64,000 nucleotides of DNA from Desulfurococcaceae archaeon (GTDB taxonomy: Archaea; Thermoproteota; Thermoprotei_A; Sulfolobales; Desulfurococcaceae). A program made the translations under genes and the position numbers. The notes under the pieces were generated by a model, which saw only the letters and a list, made by a program, of their open reading frames with translations, did not search any database and was not told the origin of the DNA. Below, in pieces: positions 48,025-58,700 of this stretch; within the stretch, counting starts at the first letter, position 1; the number at the start of each line of letters is the position of its first letter. The DNA lies in contig JAWBAI010000002.1 of the NCBI GenBank assembly GCA_038816475.1, positions 1 through 64,000 on the forward strand, written 5' to 3'.

Positions 48025-48649
48025 GCAGTTTCTCCAGGTATCCCAGGTAAACACCTGTCTGGTCTCGTGGTCTTATAAACAAGTAGTACTTTTCTCCACC
48101 AGCAAGCTCTCTAATGATTCTTTCAACAAGAACCTTAACTGGGTCTATTTTGACTCTTTCTTTTATTTCATCAAAGCTACGAAACCTCTGCTTGCTTCTA
48201 GCCTCCAGAACAGCGCTCATCGTTTTTCTGCCGACCTCTGGAAGCAACTCGAGTGCATGTAGTCTTATGTTTATAGGTTCAGCCATGTTAAAGAACTCTA
48301 CAAATACCTTTTCGTTCTCCAGGATTATTCTCTTAATAGCCTCTGGTAGGTTAGACCTGGCAACAGCTGTCAGCTCATTGTAGGTTATCAGCACTATTCT
48401 CTTGAGCTTACTAGGATAACTTAGGTCTACTTTCTCAAGAATATCTATTTTCACCCCGATCAGCGGAGTTGCCTCTAGCAAGGTAAAGTACCTTGTTCCA
48501 ATGCACTGAACGAAAGGCTGATTCCTGTGCTCGTAGTGCACATCGGAGGGATTACCTAGCTCTAGGTAATCAAGTACATACACGTACTGCTCATAGCGAT
48601 GTCCAGGTCTTGAAAAGTGCCTATGTTCTCGAGGTGAATATCTGTACAA
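48008..48649 (-). CDS. DUF655 putative RNA-binding protein
   Basis: VLDYL, FTLLE, RLHALELLP; conserved rpoF-DUF655-ksgA order. Confidence 0.88.
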   Translation of the reverse strand: MYRYSPREHRHFSRPGHRYEQYVYVLDYLELGNPSDVHYEHRNQPFVQCIGTRYFTLLEATPLIGVKIDILEKVDLSYPSKLKRIVLITYNELTAVARSNLPEAIKRIILENEKVFVEFFNMAEPINIRLHALELLPEVGRKTMSAVLEARSKQRFRSFDEIKERVKIDPVKVLVERIIRELAGGEKYYLFIRPRDQTGVYLGYLEKLHGELF

Positions 48650-48700
48650 GCTAAAAGCCCTCCACCGAGTACTAAAACATAACTCTACTGTGTAAAAAAT

Positions 48701-49072
48701 CTACTCCTTTTCGCTTAAGCAGTATTCATTGAGAGTGTTCAGCACGTCCTCGAGAATGCTTGTTTCGTAAACTTTATCCTCGAATTCCATTAGTGCACGG
48801 AGTTCATCGAGGCTCCGAGGGCAGGTGTTCATAATTAAAACCACTGTTTCCTCCTTGAAGCCTTTGAGAAGAAGCTTTTCTCTGAGTTCCTCGGCTTTCT
48901 CGATGGGTATCTTAGAGAACTTAGATAAGTACTCGAGTACACGGGACGCCAGTAAGGGAACTGTACCAGTTGTTTCCTTGGTTCTCTCAACGTACTTTTT
49001 CAGGTGCGCTAAAGCTTCGGGATTGGAAAGCATTCTTACACTATCCGGTTTTACCTTAACAGGTGTTGACAC
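48701..49072 (-). CDS. rpoF: RNA polymerase subunit Rpo4 (F)
   Basis: LEYLSKFSK, CPRSLDELRA; follows rpl21e. Confidence 0.88.
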   Translation of the reverse strand: MSTPVKVKPDSVRMLSNPEALAHLKKYVERTKETTGTVPLLASRVLEYLSKFSKIPIEKAEELREKLLLKGFKEETVVLIMNTCPRSLDELRALMEFEDKVYETSILEDVLNTLNEYCLSEKE

Positions 49073-49105
49073 AAGTACCCACCTTATAAACTTGCAGTAC
49101 CTGCT

Positions 49106-49459
49106 TTACTCAGCGTGAGCTTCAACTTCAGTCTGAGCCGTAGCTCTTACATTCGCTTGGTACTCAGCTGGTCTAAGATGTTCTGGTCTTACATACAACG
49201 TTTTTTCCTTATCGCCCAGCATAACCTTCACAATGTAGCACTTACCTCTAGTTCCAACAACAACCCCTGTTTTACCGTGAAACCTTCTGTGAGGCATCCC
49301 CTTGTGTACCGAGGGGTTTATAACTATGTGAACTTTATCACCAGGTTTGTATTTAATCATGAGCAAACTCAGCGGTGGCACAATTCCACGTTCTCTAACA
49401 CTCTTCTTCAGTAGCTTCCTCGTTCTATGCCTTAACCCTTTGGGTGCTTTAACCAACAA
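49106..49459 (-). CDS. rpl21e: 50S ribosomal protein L21e
   Basis: GLRHRTRKLL, GMPHRRFHGKTG, RPEHL. Confidence 0.96.
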   Translation of the reverse strand: MLVKAPKGLRHRTRKLLKKSVRERGIVPPLSLLMIKYKPGDKVHIVINPSVHKGMPHRRFHGKTGVVVGTRGKCYIVKVMLGDKEKTLYVRPEHLRPAEYQANVRATAQTEVEAHAE

Positions 49460-49563
49460 TGTTCACCTAAACTCTTGAGCATTCAGCTAAATTACCCTAT
49501 ACTATCGCATCTTATAAAGTATTTCACATCGTTCCATACATAAACAGCGCATAGCTTATGGTC

Positions 49564-50916
49564 TCACTCTTCTACACTAACAACATCCAATTCCAACGGA
49601 AGCAGCTGCTTTCCTAGAACGCCCGCGAAGCAGGGAATGGTTCTACCCTGATCGCAGTGTACAAGTTCCTTAACGTAGAGTCCCCCATCGCAGTATACCA
49701 GTGTTTCAAAAATCCTCGGCGAAATCTGGTAGGTTTTAACAATGTAAACCTTTCGTATTCTTTCTTTTTCTTTCTTTCTTCTGAGAACGCGAAGTGGTGT
49801 TTTCTGCCTAATAGTAATGTTCCTAAAGTATTCCTCTAGTAGTCGAAGCTCCTCTGGTGTAACCGGAGAGTTCAACGAGTACACAACCAACCTGTAGATC
49901 TTCTTCTTTCTAGATAGCTCTTTGACTAACCTAACGTCTTTTCTCGAAGAATAATTAAAGAGGGCGAGTTTTACAGGGCATTCTTTCAACCTTTCATACA
50001 AGAGTTTGTTCAAATCGGAGATTTCGACATCACGAACCATGGGTTTTTTAACCTCTAGTACAAGAGGCCTACCTGTTCCTATCATCCTTGCATCCACATC
50101 TTCTCTGCCAGCAGCGTGTACAACGATATTCTCAGCTTTGAACACGTCAATTAGAGCGCGTTCCACGGCCTCCTGAACGCTAAGAGAGTATTTCTTTAAC
50201 CCCTGCTTAGTGTACCAGGGAACATGCGAGATCCTTCTTCCATGCTTCCAGTAAAGACCCTTAATGTAGATTGGAGCAGGTTGAACCTCCACGTGATACA
50301 CAAAGTTCTTGTCCACGTGTACAATGGCAACAGCATCTGCTCTCGTAAAGTCCGGTTCGAGCCCACACACCTCTCTCACCTGCTTACCAACCTCCCTCTT
50401 AAGCTCTCGCTTAATAGATTCCGCCGTTGAAAGCCCGTACTTTGTTGTTAATTCAAGCTCTCTCGCAAAGATATCACTACTTAGTACAACACCTATGAGA
50501 AAGGATCTGGCTGAGTACTTCGTAAGCTCTTTACACACATCTATGGCTATCCTACCTAGTAGATCACGTGTAAAATTGCCTCCACATATGTAACAGGGTC
50601 TCGCCACCAGGCTAGTGTCTCCGAACACCTTTTTGTACATCGAGAGAACACCTTCACCCGCGTTCAACGCTATCGCACGAATGCGATCATCAGTGCTCCT
50701 TTCACCACGCATGTACTCGTCGTAAAGCTTTATTGCTAGAATAGTCTTCACCGCTAAACCACGCTCCCAGTTCGTTAACCCCTTACCATACTGCGAGAAC
50801 AACCTACCTAAGCAACTATTGCAAAGAGGGTACTCGTAAAGTACTTGCTCGGCTTTTTTAAGCATGTTCTCCAGTAAATGCATGAAGTTTCTGCCTGAAT
50901 CTCCAATTTCACTCAC
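49564..50916 (-). CDS. pus10: tRNA pseudouridine(54/55) synthase Pus10
   Basis: LCNSCLGR, AGREDVDARM, GGLYVKEL. Confidence 0.93.
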   Translation of the reverse strand: MSEIGDSGRNFMHLLENMLKKAEQVLYEYPLCNSCLGRLFSQYGKGLTNWERGLAVKTILAIKLYDEYMRGERSTDDRIRAIALNAGEGVLSMYKKVFGDTSLVARPCYICGGNFTRDLLGRIAIDVCKELTKYSARSFLIGVVLSSDIFARELELTTKYGLSTAESIKRELKREVGKQVREVCGLEPDFTRADAVAIVHVDKNFVYHVEVQPAPIYIKGLYWKHGRRISHVPWYTKQGLKKYSLSVQEAVERALIDVFKAENIVVHAAGREDVDARMIGTGRPLVLEVKKPMVRDVEISDLNKLLYERLKECPVKLALFNYSSRKDVRLVKELSRKKKIYRLVVYSLNSPVTPEELRLLEEYFRNITIRQKTPLRVLRRKKEKERIRKVYIVKTYQISPRIFETLVYCDGGLYVKELVHCDQGRTIPCFAGVLGKQLLPLELDVVSVEE

Positions 50917-51007
50917 AGGTAACCACCACGCTACTCTGACAGTTCTGATAATCTAGTATACACGTCTCTTCCAACTATGAGGGTCTACACAGGGGTATTT
51001 GGTAGGA

Positions 51008-52360
51008 CTATTCCTCTTCCAGAATCTCAGGTGGTAATTTAAGTCCCAGCTTCTTTACTACATCCTTTCTTCTGAGAGTTTTGAGCATTTTCTTCATAAG
51101 TTCATACTGCCTAATCAATTCACGTACGTCTTCTACGTCAACACCTGCTCCTCTTGCTATGCGCTTCATCCTAGACCTATCAATGAGCTCTGGGTTGTCG
51201 AGCTCCTCGTAGGTCATGGAGTTTATGATTGCTATCCATTTTTCAAGTTTCTCATCAAGCTCCTTGGGGTTTACCTCGAAGGGTATCTTGAGCTCGAATC
51301 CCGGAAGCATTTGCAGAATTTTACGCATAGAGCCCATTTTCTTCAAACTAATCAGTTGCCTATACACTAGTCTCATGTTAAGTTTTCCTCGAAGAAGCTG
51401 TTCCACATCTTTCTCTGTGAACTCTATTTGAGCTCTCTTTACAGCTTCAACCAAGCTCTCAATATCTCCAAGTCCAAGTATTCTAGAGATCAGCTTGGCT
51501 GGTTTGAACACCTCGAGATCCTCTACTTTCTCGCCTACACCAATGAACTTTATTTGAGCACCTGTAGCAGCTACCGCTGATAAAGCTCCACCGCCTTTGG
51601 CTGTTCCATCAAGCTTTGTAATAATTATTGAGCCTATGGGGGTTGTTTCGTGGAATTTCTTAGCTATGCTATAAGCCTGTTGCCCCATTGCTGCATCTAT
51701 GACTAGTATTACCTCGTTTGGCTTCACTTTCTCGTATATGTTCTTCATCTCTTCTAGCAAAGTCTCCTCTCTGTGGTGTCTACCAGCCGTATCTATTATA
51801 ACTATGTCGAAGCCTCTACTCACAAAATAGTCTACACCTCTCGTAGCGATCCCAACAGCATCTTGCTCCCCGGGTTCACCATAAACGGGAACACCTATTT
51901 GTTCACCCAGCTGTTTCAGCTGATCAAAAGCAGCAGGTCTATAAGGGTCAGCTGCAACAAGACCAACCTTGTAGCCCTCCAACTTGTAGTAGTAAGCTAG
52001 CTTAGCGCACGTGGTTGTTTTACCACTACCCTGAAGACCAACAAGGAGAATTACCCACGGTTTTTTCGGGATTCTTACACTCGGTTTTTTATCTCCACCA
52101 AGGAGTTTCAGCAGCTCGTCGTAAACTATTGATATGAACCAGTGTTTTCTCGGAATACCCGGAGGAGGAGTTTCACTAAGCGCTTTCTGCTTAATTCTGT
52201 TCGAAACCTCGGAGACCAGTTTCACGTTCACATCGGATCTTATAAGCTCTTTTTGTAACTCCTTAATGAACTCGTTAACAGCATCCTCGTACTTATCCAG
52301 CTTAAGGAATCTTGAAACTGCCTGCTTTAATCCTTCAAACACCAACTCGCGCTTCACCAT
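51008..52360 (-). CDS. srp54: Signal recognition particle protein SRP54
   Basis: GLQGSGKTT, DTAGR, TKLDG, M-domain RIARGAG. Confidence 0.97.
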   Translation of the reverse strand: MVKRELVFEGLKQAVSRFLKLDKYEDAVNEFIKELQKELIRSDVNVKLVSEVSNRIKQKALSETPPPGIPRKHWFISIVYDELLKLLGGDKKPSVRIPKKPWVILLVGLQGSGKTTTCAKLAYYYKLEGYKVGLVAADPYRPAAFDQLKQLGEQIGVPVYGEPGEQDAVGIATRGVDYFVSRGFDIVIIDTAGRHHREETLLEEMKNIYEKVKPNEVILVIDAAMGQQAYSIAKKFHETTPIGSIIITKLDGTAKGGGALSAVAATGAQIKFIGVGEKVEDLEVFKPAKLISRILGLGDIESLVEAVKRAQIEFTEKDVEQLLRGKLNMRLVYRQLISLKKMGSMRKILQMLPGFELKIPFEVNPKELDEKLEKWIAIINSMTYEELDNPELIDRSRMKRIARGAGVDVEDVRELIRQYELMKKMLKTLRRKDVVKKLGLKLPPEILEEE

Positions 52361-52393
52361 GTAGCATGCGATATGTTAGGTTAAGCCGAGAAG

Positions 52394-52478
52394 TGCGGGG
52401 GGTGGGATTTGAACCCACGCAGGCCTACGCCAGCGGATCTTAAGTCCGCCCCCTTTGACCAGGCTCGGGCACCCCCGC
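52394..52478 (-). tRNA. tRNA-Leu(TAA)
   Basis: CT-TAA-GA loop, long variable arm, no intron. Confidence 0.96.
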
Positions 52479-52521
52479 CTATTTAAATCTTATTGCTACA
52501 CAAGGATTTTTAAACTAACCT

Positions 52522-52578
52522 CTATCAGCTCGTCGCGAATAAATCATTCCTTCATTCTGGAGCGGCTTCATCACCAGG
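52522..52578 (-). ncRNA. C/D box methylation guide sRNA
   Basis: C GTGATGA, guide AGCCGCTCCAGA, D' ATGA, degenerate C' ATGATTT, guide ATTCGCGACGAG, D CTGA; TTATAA at 52601-52606. Confidence 0.75.
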
Positions 52579-52623
52579 GTACTATGAAGGTGAAAGGGGG
52601 TTATAATACGCACGTGTAGTCTA

Positions 52624-53079
52624 CTATGGTTTGATCACATCGAGGTACTTTTTAGCTTTCTTAATTGTTCCCGTTGTACGATAGGGGACAAGAATGCAGT
52701 CAACTCCTTCGACATTCTTTACGAGACCTAGCGCGGCGACTAGATGATCTGTGTAGATGTGGAGCACTCTAACTACGCCTCTCTGTCTTTCCTCGTCGAA
52801 GAGTACTAGTCGAGGCGAAGCTTTGTGCGTATAAGCTTTACCATAAAGCTCAATAAAAGCATTCCTTATGGTCTTACTCAGTTTCTCGTAGGTTATCTTT
52901 TCTTCGCATACAGCTGCAAAAACCACGTATCTCTTACGTAGCTTCTTCGCGGAGATCTCGGGCATTGTTCTAGCCAAAACAAACTTGTAAAGTCTGTAGG
53001 CTTTTCTCAGCAGTACAACTACTATTGCAAGCAAAGCTAGCGATAAACAAATCAGTACTGCTGAAAGTAGCTCGATCAT
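52624..53079 (-). CDS. rnp2: RNase P protein Pop5/Rpp14 with N-terminal hydrophobic helix
   Basis: RKRYVVF, GVVRV, TTGTIKKAK; follows Rpp30. Confidence 0.88.
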   Translation of the reverse strand: MIELLSAVLICLSLALLAIVVVLLRKAYRLYKFVLARTMPEISAKKLRKRYVVFAAVCEEKITYEKLSKTIRNAFIELYGKAYTHKASPRLVLFDEERQRGVVRVLHIYTDHLVAALGLVKNVEGVDCILVPYRTTGTIKKAKKYLDVIKP

Positions 53080-53175
53080 GCCTTGACTACCAAAAACGCT
53101 AATAGATAACCCTAGGTAAAAATGCAACTTGTTTTGCTTTTACCTTGAAACAACACCGCGCTAGAAGATAACACT

Positions 53176-53829
53176 CTAAACTCCGTTTTTTACAGTAGTA
53201 TTCGGCGTTGCTACATCTTTCCTGGTGACAACTTGACGCGGGAAATCTGTTACTGACAGCAGTGCCAAGCTCTCTGGTACATCAAATAGCACTTGCAGAA
53301 GCTTAACTATAACGTATGGTGGAAAGAGCTTTTTCCAAGAGTCTGCTCCCGAGCCCGCAATGAGCCCTGTCTTGTTCCTTAAGAGCAAGTTGATGCGTCT
53401 AAACACTGCTCCACGGGTATCGATGCTCAAATCGAGAATATGGTTAAGATCTATTTCCACGGGTTTACCATAGTAGCTCATAGTGCTGAACTGCTTTTTG
53501 TCAAATAACTCTATTGTATTCAAGGTTAACATTATGGTGTCTACTCTAGTATCGTGTGATGCCCATCTAGCAACTTCTAAGCTCCTAGGTACTACTGAAA
53601 CAACGTGTTTTCTGTGATCTATTAAAGAAAGCGTTCTCTTGAGACTACCAACATCCTCAGCATTTATCACCTTTTTCCTGTAGACTTCCAGTGGGGGTTG
53701 CTCATCGTACAGCAGTTGCTCGCACACTAATGCTCTATAGCCGAGCTTACTAGCTATCGTCAAAGTTCTCTCATCGCATTTCTTGACGTAGAAATCAATG
53801 TAGAATCTGGGCAAAGTAACTCCTCTCAC
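53176..53829 (-). CDS. rnp3: RNase P protein Rpp30
   Basis: ARWASHDTRVD, GSGADS; conserved order after rpl15e. Confidence 0.8.
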   Translation of the reverse strand: MRGVTLPRFYIDFYVKKCDERTLTIASKLGYRALVCEQLLYDEQPPLEVYRKKVINAEDVGSLKRTLSLIDHRKHVVSVVPRSLEVARWASHDTRVDTIMLTLNTIELFDKKQFSTMSYYGKPVEIDLNHILDLSIDTRGAVFRRINLLLRNKTGLIAGSGADSWKKLFPPYVIVKLLQVLFDVPESLALLSVTDFPRQVVTRKDVATPNTTVKNGV

Positions 53830-54305
53830 AATATAATATTGAATCTCCTAAGGTACTCTATCACGTCCGATCTTCTCTTAGCATTCCTGAACGATAGTAC
53901 CAATTTGACTATGTCATCTGAATCAACTACTTTAAACCTCCCGTAGTAGAGATCCTGCTTTGAGAGTCTTATAATAAACCTGCTAGTCCTTGGATCGAAC
54001 CTTAAATCGAAGGTTGTTTTGAGAATGCTCTTTTCGAGATCACTTAGAGACATCGCTATATGGCTTAAAACAGCTTCAATTTGTTGCCTAGAGTTTATTT
54101 TTACGTGGACTACTCCTATGGGGTTGCCGTAGTAACCCTCATACCACGTGTAGTTTACCTTTATGTAACCCCTTAGATCAGGGTGAATGATATTTCTAAC
54201 GGACGTTTCGACCTTACTACAGTCCTCCGTCGCATGGCAATAAGTTATGATCTCTACTTGTGAAACATCTACTTTTCTTCCTTCAGTCTTTCCGCTATTT
54301 GCCAT
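53826..54305 (-). CDS. DUF54/COG1325 RNA-binding protein
   Basis: HATED, GYYGNPI, RLSKQ. Confidence 0.85.
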   Translation of the reverse strand: MANSGKTEGRKVDVSQVEIITYCHATEDCSKVETSVRNIIHPDLRGYIKVNYTWYEGYYGNPIGVVHVKINSRQQIEAVLSHIAMSLSDLEKSILKTTFDLRFDPRTSRFIIRLSKQDLYYGRFKVVDSDDIVKLVLSFRNAKRRSDVIEYLRRFNIIL

Positions 54306-54940
54306 GGTTCACGAGCTCCTCTACTGGCTTCATGACGTTTTTTCAACAACCTCTCTTTCTGCTTTCTCTTCCACTTATAGTACACTGTTCCACGTAGACC
54401 TCTGCTCTTTCTTAAACCACGCATTTTCTTACCAGCGCTTGTGAGTCCTCTAAACACTCTTCCTCTGTTCTGAGGCTCGCAGATCCAGCTTATATCAGGG
54501 TCTCTGCATACTGCTGGGTGACTTCTGTCGACTAGTATAACTTCAAACCACTTGTACCTACCATCTTCTCCAACATAGTAGCTGTTCAGCACTTCTAGGT
54601 TTCTGTACTTCCTCGCAGCTCTCTCCTCGGCAATCAACCTTAGACTCTTCGCTGGTGCGTATCCATGCACACCCATTCTCTTCGGTCTTCTACCACTGTC
54701 AGGTCTAGGCTTTCTCTGACCCCCCTTTCTTACGCGTACTCTTACAACTATAAATCCTACTTTAGCCTTGTACCCCAGCGCACGAGCTCTATCAAGCCTT
54801 GAAGGCTTGTCTATTCTAACTACTGAGGGCTCTCTTCTCCATTTGATCAGCTTTAATCTCAGTAGTTCCCTATAACCCGGTTCTCCTTTAAACATTCTAT
54901 GCCAAGTTTCCGATACGTAGTGGTACATGCTCTTTGCCAT
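54269..54940 (-). CDS. rpl15e: 50S ribosomal protein L15e
   Basis: [32 protein letters not shown]. Confidence 0.97.
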   Translation of the reverse strand: MAKSMYHYVSETWHRMFKGEPGYRELLRLKLIKWRREPSVVRIDKPSRLDRARALGYKAKVGFIVVRVRVRKGGQRKPRPDSGRRPKRMGVHGYAPAKSLRLIAEERAARKYRNLEVLNSYYVGEDGRYKWFEVILVDRSHPAVCRDPDISWICEPQNRGRVFRGLTSAGKKMRGLRKSRGLRGTVYYKWKRKQKERLLKKRHEASRGAREPWQIAERLKEEK

Positions 54941-55019
54941 GGCTAAAAGCACCGTTCACCAATCCACGTACTAATCTACATAAATGTCTAAGTAGGGGTT
55001 TATATAAGAAGGTGCCAAA

Positions 55020-56249
55020 ATGCCTCCGCCTGAGAAGCTTATAGGCATCGTAGGAAAAACCAACGTTGGTAAATCAACACTATTCGCAGCACTAACATTA
55101 ATCCCGGTCAAGATCGCCGATCACCCGTTTACAACCATTGAACCAAACGTGGGGATTGGACATGTAGATAAGAGATGCGTTCACTTAGAACTAAAGCTGG
55201 AGTCCTGCACCCCCAAGTCCGGTTTCTGCATTAAGGGAACAAGATTTATACCGGTAAAGCTCATGGACGTTGCAGGTTTAATTCCAGGTGCTAGTAGGGG
55301 TAGAGGTCTGGGTAACAAGTTTATGGATGACCTTAGACAGGCTGATGTGCTAATACATGTTGTTGACGCTTCTGGTTCAACAGACCTCGAAGGTAACAGA
55401 GCAAAACCAGGTACCTATGATCCCCTTGAAGAAGCTGAACTAATAAGGTCAGAGATAGATGAATGGTTCAAGCAAACAATACTGAGAATATGGAATAGCA
55501 AGATCTCGAGATACCTCTACGCATCGCAGAATCCCATAGAGGACATATACCAGAACCTCGCGGGGCTCAGCATAAAGAGAAAGCACATAGCGGAAGCTAT
55601 AAAAATGGCGGACTTGGAAAACAAGCATCCGAAGTTCTGGACAACAAGCGATGTTGAGGAGTTTTCGCTTAAACTAAGAGAACTTTCGAAACCCATAATT
55701 ATAGCAGCTAACAAAGCTGATGCACCTGAAGCTAGAGACAACATTAAGAGGCTTGCAGAATTCTTTGGAAACGAGAACGTAGTTCCAGTTAGTGCGCTAG
55801 CTGAGTTCATACTGAAGAAGGCGCATCAAAGCGGGGTAATAAACTATGTTCCTGGTCAATCCAGTTATGAACTCAGAGTATCTTCAGACAAGCTCACGCG
55901 TGAACAGCTGAGAATACTTGAACTGATAGAAAACAACGTGTTAAAAGTCTATGGATCAACAGGAGTTCAGTTGCTTCTCAGGAAAGCTGTTTTCGAAAAA
56001 CTAAAGCTTATAACGGTTTACCCCGTGGAGAACGAAAACAAGTACACAGATCATCACGGTAACGTACTGCCCGATGCTTACCTTGTGGAGAAGGGGACTA
56101 CAGCAAGAGAGCTTGCGTACATGATACACACGGAGCTGGGAGAAAGCTTTCTTTACGCTGTCGATGCTAAGAGAAAGAGGCGCGTAGGAGAACTCTACGT
56201 TCTCGAAGACGACGACGTTATCAAGGTAGTTGCTGCTAAGGCTCGGTAG
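55020..56249 (+). CDS. ychF: YchF/OLA1-family ATPase/GTPase with TGS domain
   Basis: GKTNVGKST, PFTTIEPN, DVAG, ANKAD. Confidence 0.9.
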   Translation: MPPPEKLIGIVGKTNVGKSTLFAALTLIPVKIADHPFTTIEPNVGIGHVDKRCVHLELKLESCTPKSGFCIKGTRFIPVKLMDVAGLIPGASRGRGLGNKFMDDLRQADVLIHVVDASGSTDLEGNRAKPGTYDPLEEAELIRSEIDEWFKQTILRIWNSKISRYLYASQNPIEDIYQNLAGLSIKRKHIAEAIKMADLENKHPKFWTTSDVEEFSLKLRELSKPIIIAANKADAPEARDNIKRLAEFFGNENVVPVSALAEFILKKAHQSGVINYVPGQSSYELRVSSDKLTREQLRILELIENNVLKVYGSTGVQLLLRKAVFEKLKLITVYPVENENKYTDHHGNVLPDAYLVEKGTTARELAYMIHTELGESFLYAVDAKRKRRVGELYVLEDDDVIKVVAAKAR

Positions 56250-56646
56250 ACTTCTCTTCGATCTGCCCATGAACAGTCATTCTGCTGTTCCTGCGCTTCA
56301 TAGCTTTTACCATCTGCCAGTACTTTCTGGCTTGCTTATAGTAGTAGTCATCCTCCTTCCTTCCTCCAAAAGCTTCTATGCCACCGCTTTCCAGTTTCCT
56401 CTTCAGTTCCTCTGCTTCTTCAGTTGTAAGTTCTCCTCTTCTCAGCAGGTACTCTATAACTTTGAACGCTTCATCCACGGTTTTACAACGTCTAATGTAA
56501 TCAACAACTGTTGGTACGTATCCACGCCAGGGGTCAGGTAAACCCGTTTTAACTCTCAACGTGATTTTCTCTGTTTCTCCTTCAAGAATCTCCTTTGCTA
56601 ACCATGGAAACTTCTTTTTAAACTCCTCGATATCGTACTCTCCCAA
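56236..56646 (-). CDS. DUF2095-family protein
   Basis: FKKKFPWLAKE, PTVVDYIRRC. Confidence 0.8.
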   Translation of the reverse strand: MGEYDIEEFKKKFPWLAKEILEGETEKITLRVKTGLPDPWRGYVPTVVDYIRRCKTVDEAFKVIEYLLRRGELTTEEAEELKRKLESGGIEAFGGRKEDDYYYKQARKYWQMVKAMKRRNSRMTVHGQIEEKSTEP

Positions 56647-56649
56647 AAA

Positions 56650-57897
56650 CTACTCACCAAGCATTGATCGGCTTTGAGGGTATTTAGCATTTGAGGGAAC
56701 ATCTCTATAAACCACAGACCCCGGAAGAACCCAGCTGCAAGAACCAATTTTTACACCAGGCATAATCGAGACATTTACTCCGGTCTGAGCATAGCCACCT
56801 ATAATGGATCCGAGTTTGATTCTCCCGGTGTCCTCCAGCTTGTCTTTTACACGCATTTTCACATTTCTTCTATCAAATCTGAGGTTGGCTAGAACCGTTC
56901 CAGCTCCAAGGTTGACATGCTCGCAGACTACACTATCACCAATGTATGTTAAATGGGATGCATGAACGTTCTCGAAGATCACACTTTCCTTTACCTCTAC
57001 GGAAAACCCTATCTTAGAACCTGAGCATATGACGCTCCACGGACGAATAAGTGCTGAGGGTCCCACCTCGACGTTTCCGTCTATGTAGACCGGCCCTAAG
57101 ATCGTTGTGTAAGGATACACAGTACTGTTTTCCCCTATGAACACCGGCTCTCGGATGGTTACTGGCTCAATTATGTAGCCTCGTACTTCGTGTTTTATGC
57201 TTTTGAGTGCTAACTTGTTCGCTTCTATTACGTGCCAAGGTTTACCTATATCCACCCAGTTGCCTTGATAAAGGTAAACTTTCACGGGTTTCTGAGAGGC
57301 TATTCTAGTTACAATATCTGTTAGCTCGTACTCTCCGCGCGGACTAAGAGGAATATTGCTATTCTCGATAATGTCCCTCGTATTAAGCTTGTAAACACCA
57401 ACGTTCACGAGAGTCGTTTCCGGCTGCTCAGGCTTCTCAACTATTTTAACCAGGTTCGAGTTCTTGATGTATAAGACACCGTAGTCCCTGGGATCATTCA
57501 CATGAGACCCCACAACGTAGTAGCCCTCTAATTCAGCCATCCTACCGTAGATGCTCCAGTCTTCGAAGTAAAGGTCTGCGTAAGTTATTACAACATCTTC
57601 CTCAGGACCTAAAGCTTCTGATGCTTTTACAACTGCATCCCCCGTTCCGAGAGCCTTTCCTTGATCTACGAACTTGAGTTTGCCTCTGAAATGAGGCTTC
57701 GACTCGAAATAGTTCACAATGAAATCCTTCATGTAGCTCACAACAACCACTATTTCTTCGAATCCGGCTCTCATCAAAGCCTCCACGTGCCATTCCAGTA
57801 CAGGTCTGCAGAGAACAGGTATCATTGATTTAGGTCTGGTTTCAGTTATGGGTCGAAGACGAACACCTTCTCCAGCTGCTAGAATTATCGCTTTCAA
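56650..57897 (-). CDS. glmU: Bifunctional sugar-1-phosphate nucleotidylyltransferase/acetyltransferase (GlmU-like)
   Basis: LAAGEGVRLRPIT, SPRGEYELTD, hexapeptide repeats, ANLRFD. Confidence 0.88.
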   Translation of the reverse strand: MKAIILAAGEGVRLRPITETRPKSMIPVLCRPVLEWHVEALMRAGFEEIVVVVSYMKDFIVNYFESKPHFRGKLKFVDQGKALGTGDAVVKASEALGPEEDVVITYADLYFEDWSIYGRMAELEGYYVVGSHVNDPRDYGVLYIKNSNLVKIVEKPEQPETTLVNVGVYKLNTRDIIENSNIPLSPRGEYELTDIVTRIASQKPVKVYLYQGNWVDIGKPWHVIEANKLALKSIKHEVRGYIIEPVTIREPVFIGENSTVYPYTTILGPVYIDGNVEVGPSALIRPWSVICSGSKIGFSVEVKESVIFENVHASHLTYIGDSVVCEHVNLGAGTVLANLRFDRRNVKMRVKDKLEDTGRIKLGSIIGGYAQTGVNVSIMPGVKIGSCSWVLPGSVVYRDVPSNAKYPQSRSMLGE

Positions 57898-57972
57898 CGA
57901 ATCACCAAAGTAGACTATGAAAACCTTTAAATTAAAGCGTTCTAAGGAGAGCCAAAAGCAAGGGCTTTGGGA

Positions 57973-58614
57973 CTACTTCACGAGAGTTTTGCGTAGCTGT
58001 ATAGGTGAGATGACCACGGCTGGTTTAGGACCTTCAGGTGTAGGGATCATTAAGAGCTTTGTTTTATAGACCTCAACTCTTCTCACAGGATATATTTTCT
58101 TCGCAAGAGCGTGTATCTCGTTCGATATTTTACCATTGAGGATCTCAGTGTACAACTCGTCGAGAGTTACTTCGGAGGCCTTCTTCACAATGTACTCTTT
58201 CATTAATTTTCTAATAGCTATTTTCTGGCTTGATTTGCACCTGTAACTGGTTAAAGTTATGATCGTTATTCTGAGAACGTAGCCATCCTTTGTTTGAATA
58301 TCGAATATACCCTGTATTTTACTGCTTTTTCTTCTCACGAGGCTTTTCATATAGTCTCTTGCTAGTTCATGTCCCTTTATCCTGGTAATAGCTTTATCTC
58401 CTTCAACGCTTATTATCTGAAAGTAGAGTTTCACGTGAACCTGCGTTATGTCTCCGGTTATATCGTAGAGAGTTGTTTCCAGAACTCTACCAATCAGCTT
58501 ATCTGGATCGTCCGATGGAATAGTACCTAAGCTCATGTTTCCAAACAACGGTGGTGCGATAACCTCATACCACTTCTTGAGTTTCCACTTATCTTTTACA
58601 ACAGGTTTGGACAA
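57973..58614 (-). CDS. rps3ae: 30S ribosomal protein S3Ae (eS1)
   Basis: KDKWKLKKWY, GRVLETTLYD, KIYPVRRVE. Confidence 0.96.
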   Translation of the reverse strand: MSKPVVKDKWKLKKWYEVIAPPLFGNMSLGTIPSDDPDKLIGRVLETTLYDITGDITQVHVKLYFQIISVEGDKAITRIKGHELARDYMKSLVRRKSSKIQGIFDIQTKDGYVLRITIITLTSYRCKSSQKIAIRKLMKEYIVKKASEVTLDELYTEILNGKISNEIHALAKKIYPVRRVEVYKTKLLMIPTPEGPKPAVVISPIQLRKTLVK

Positions 58615-58700
58615 ACCGCTTACCCCTTCATTTCATCAGTAAGCTTGAAACTTGTTCCAGTAGTCTGCTTTAAGTATATCTGGGTTTTTATATAACACTG

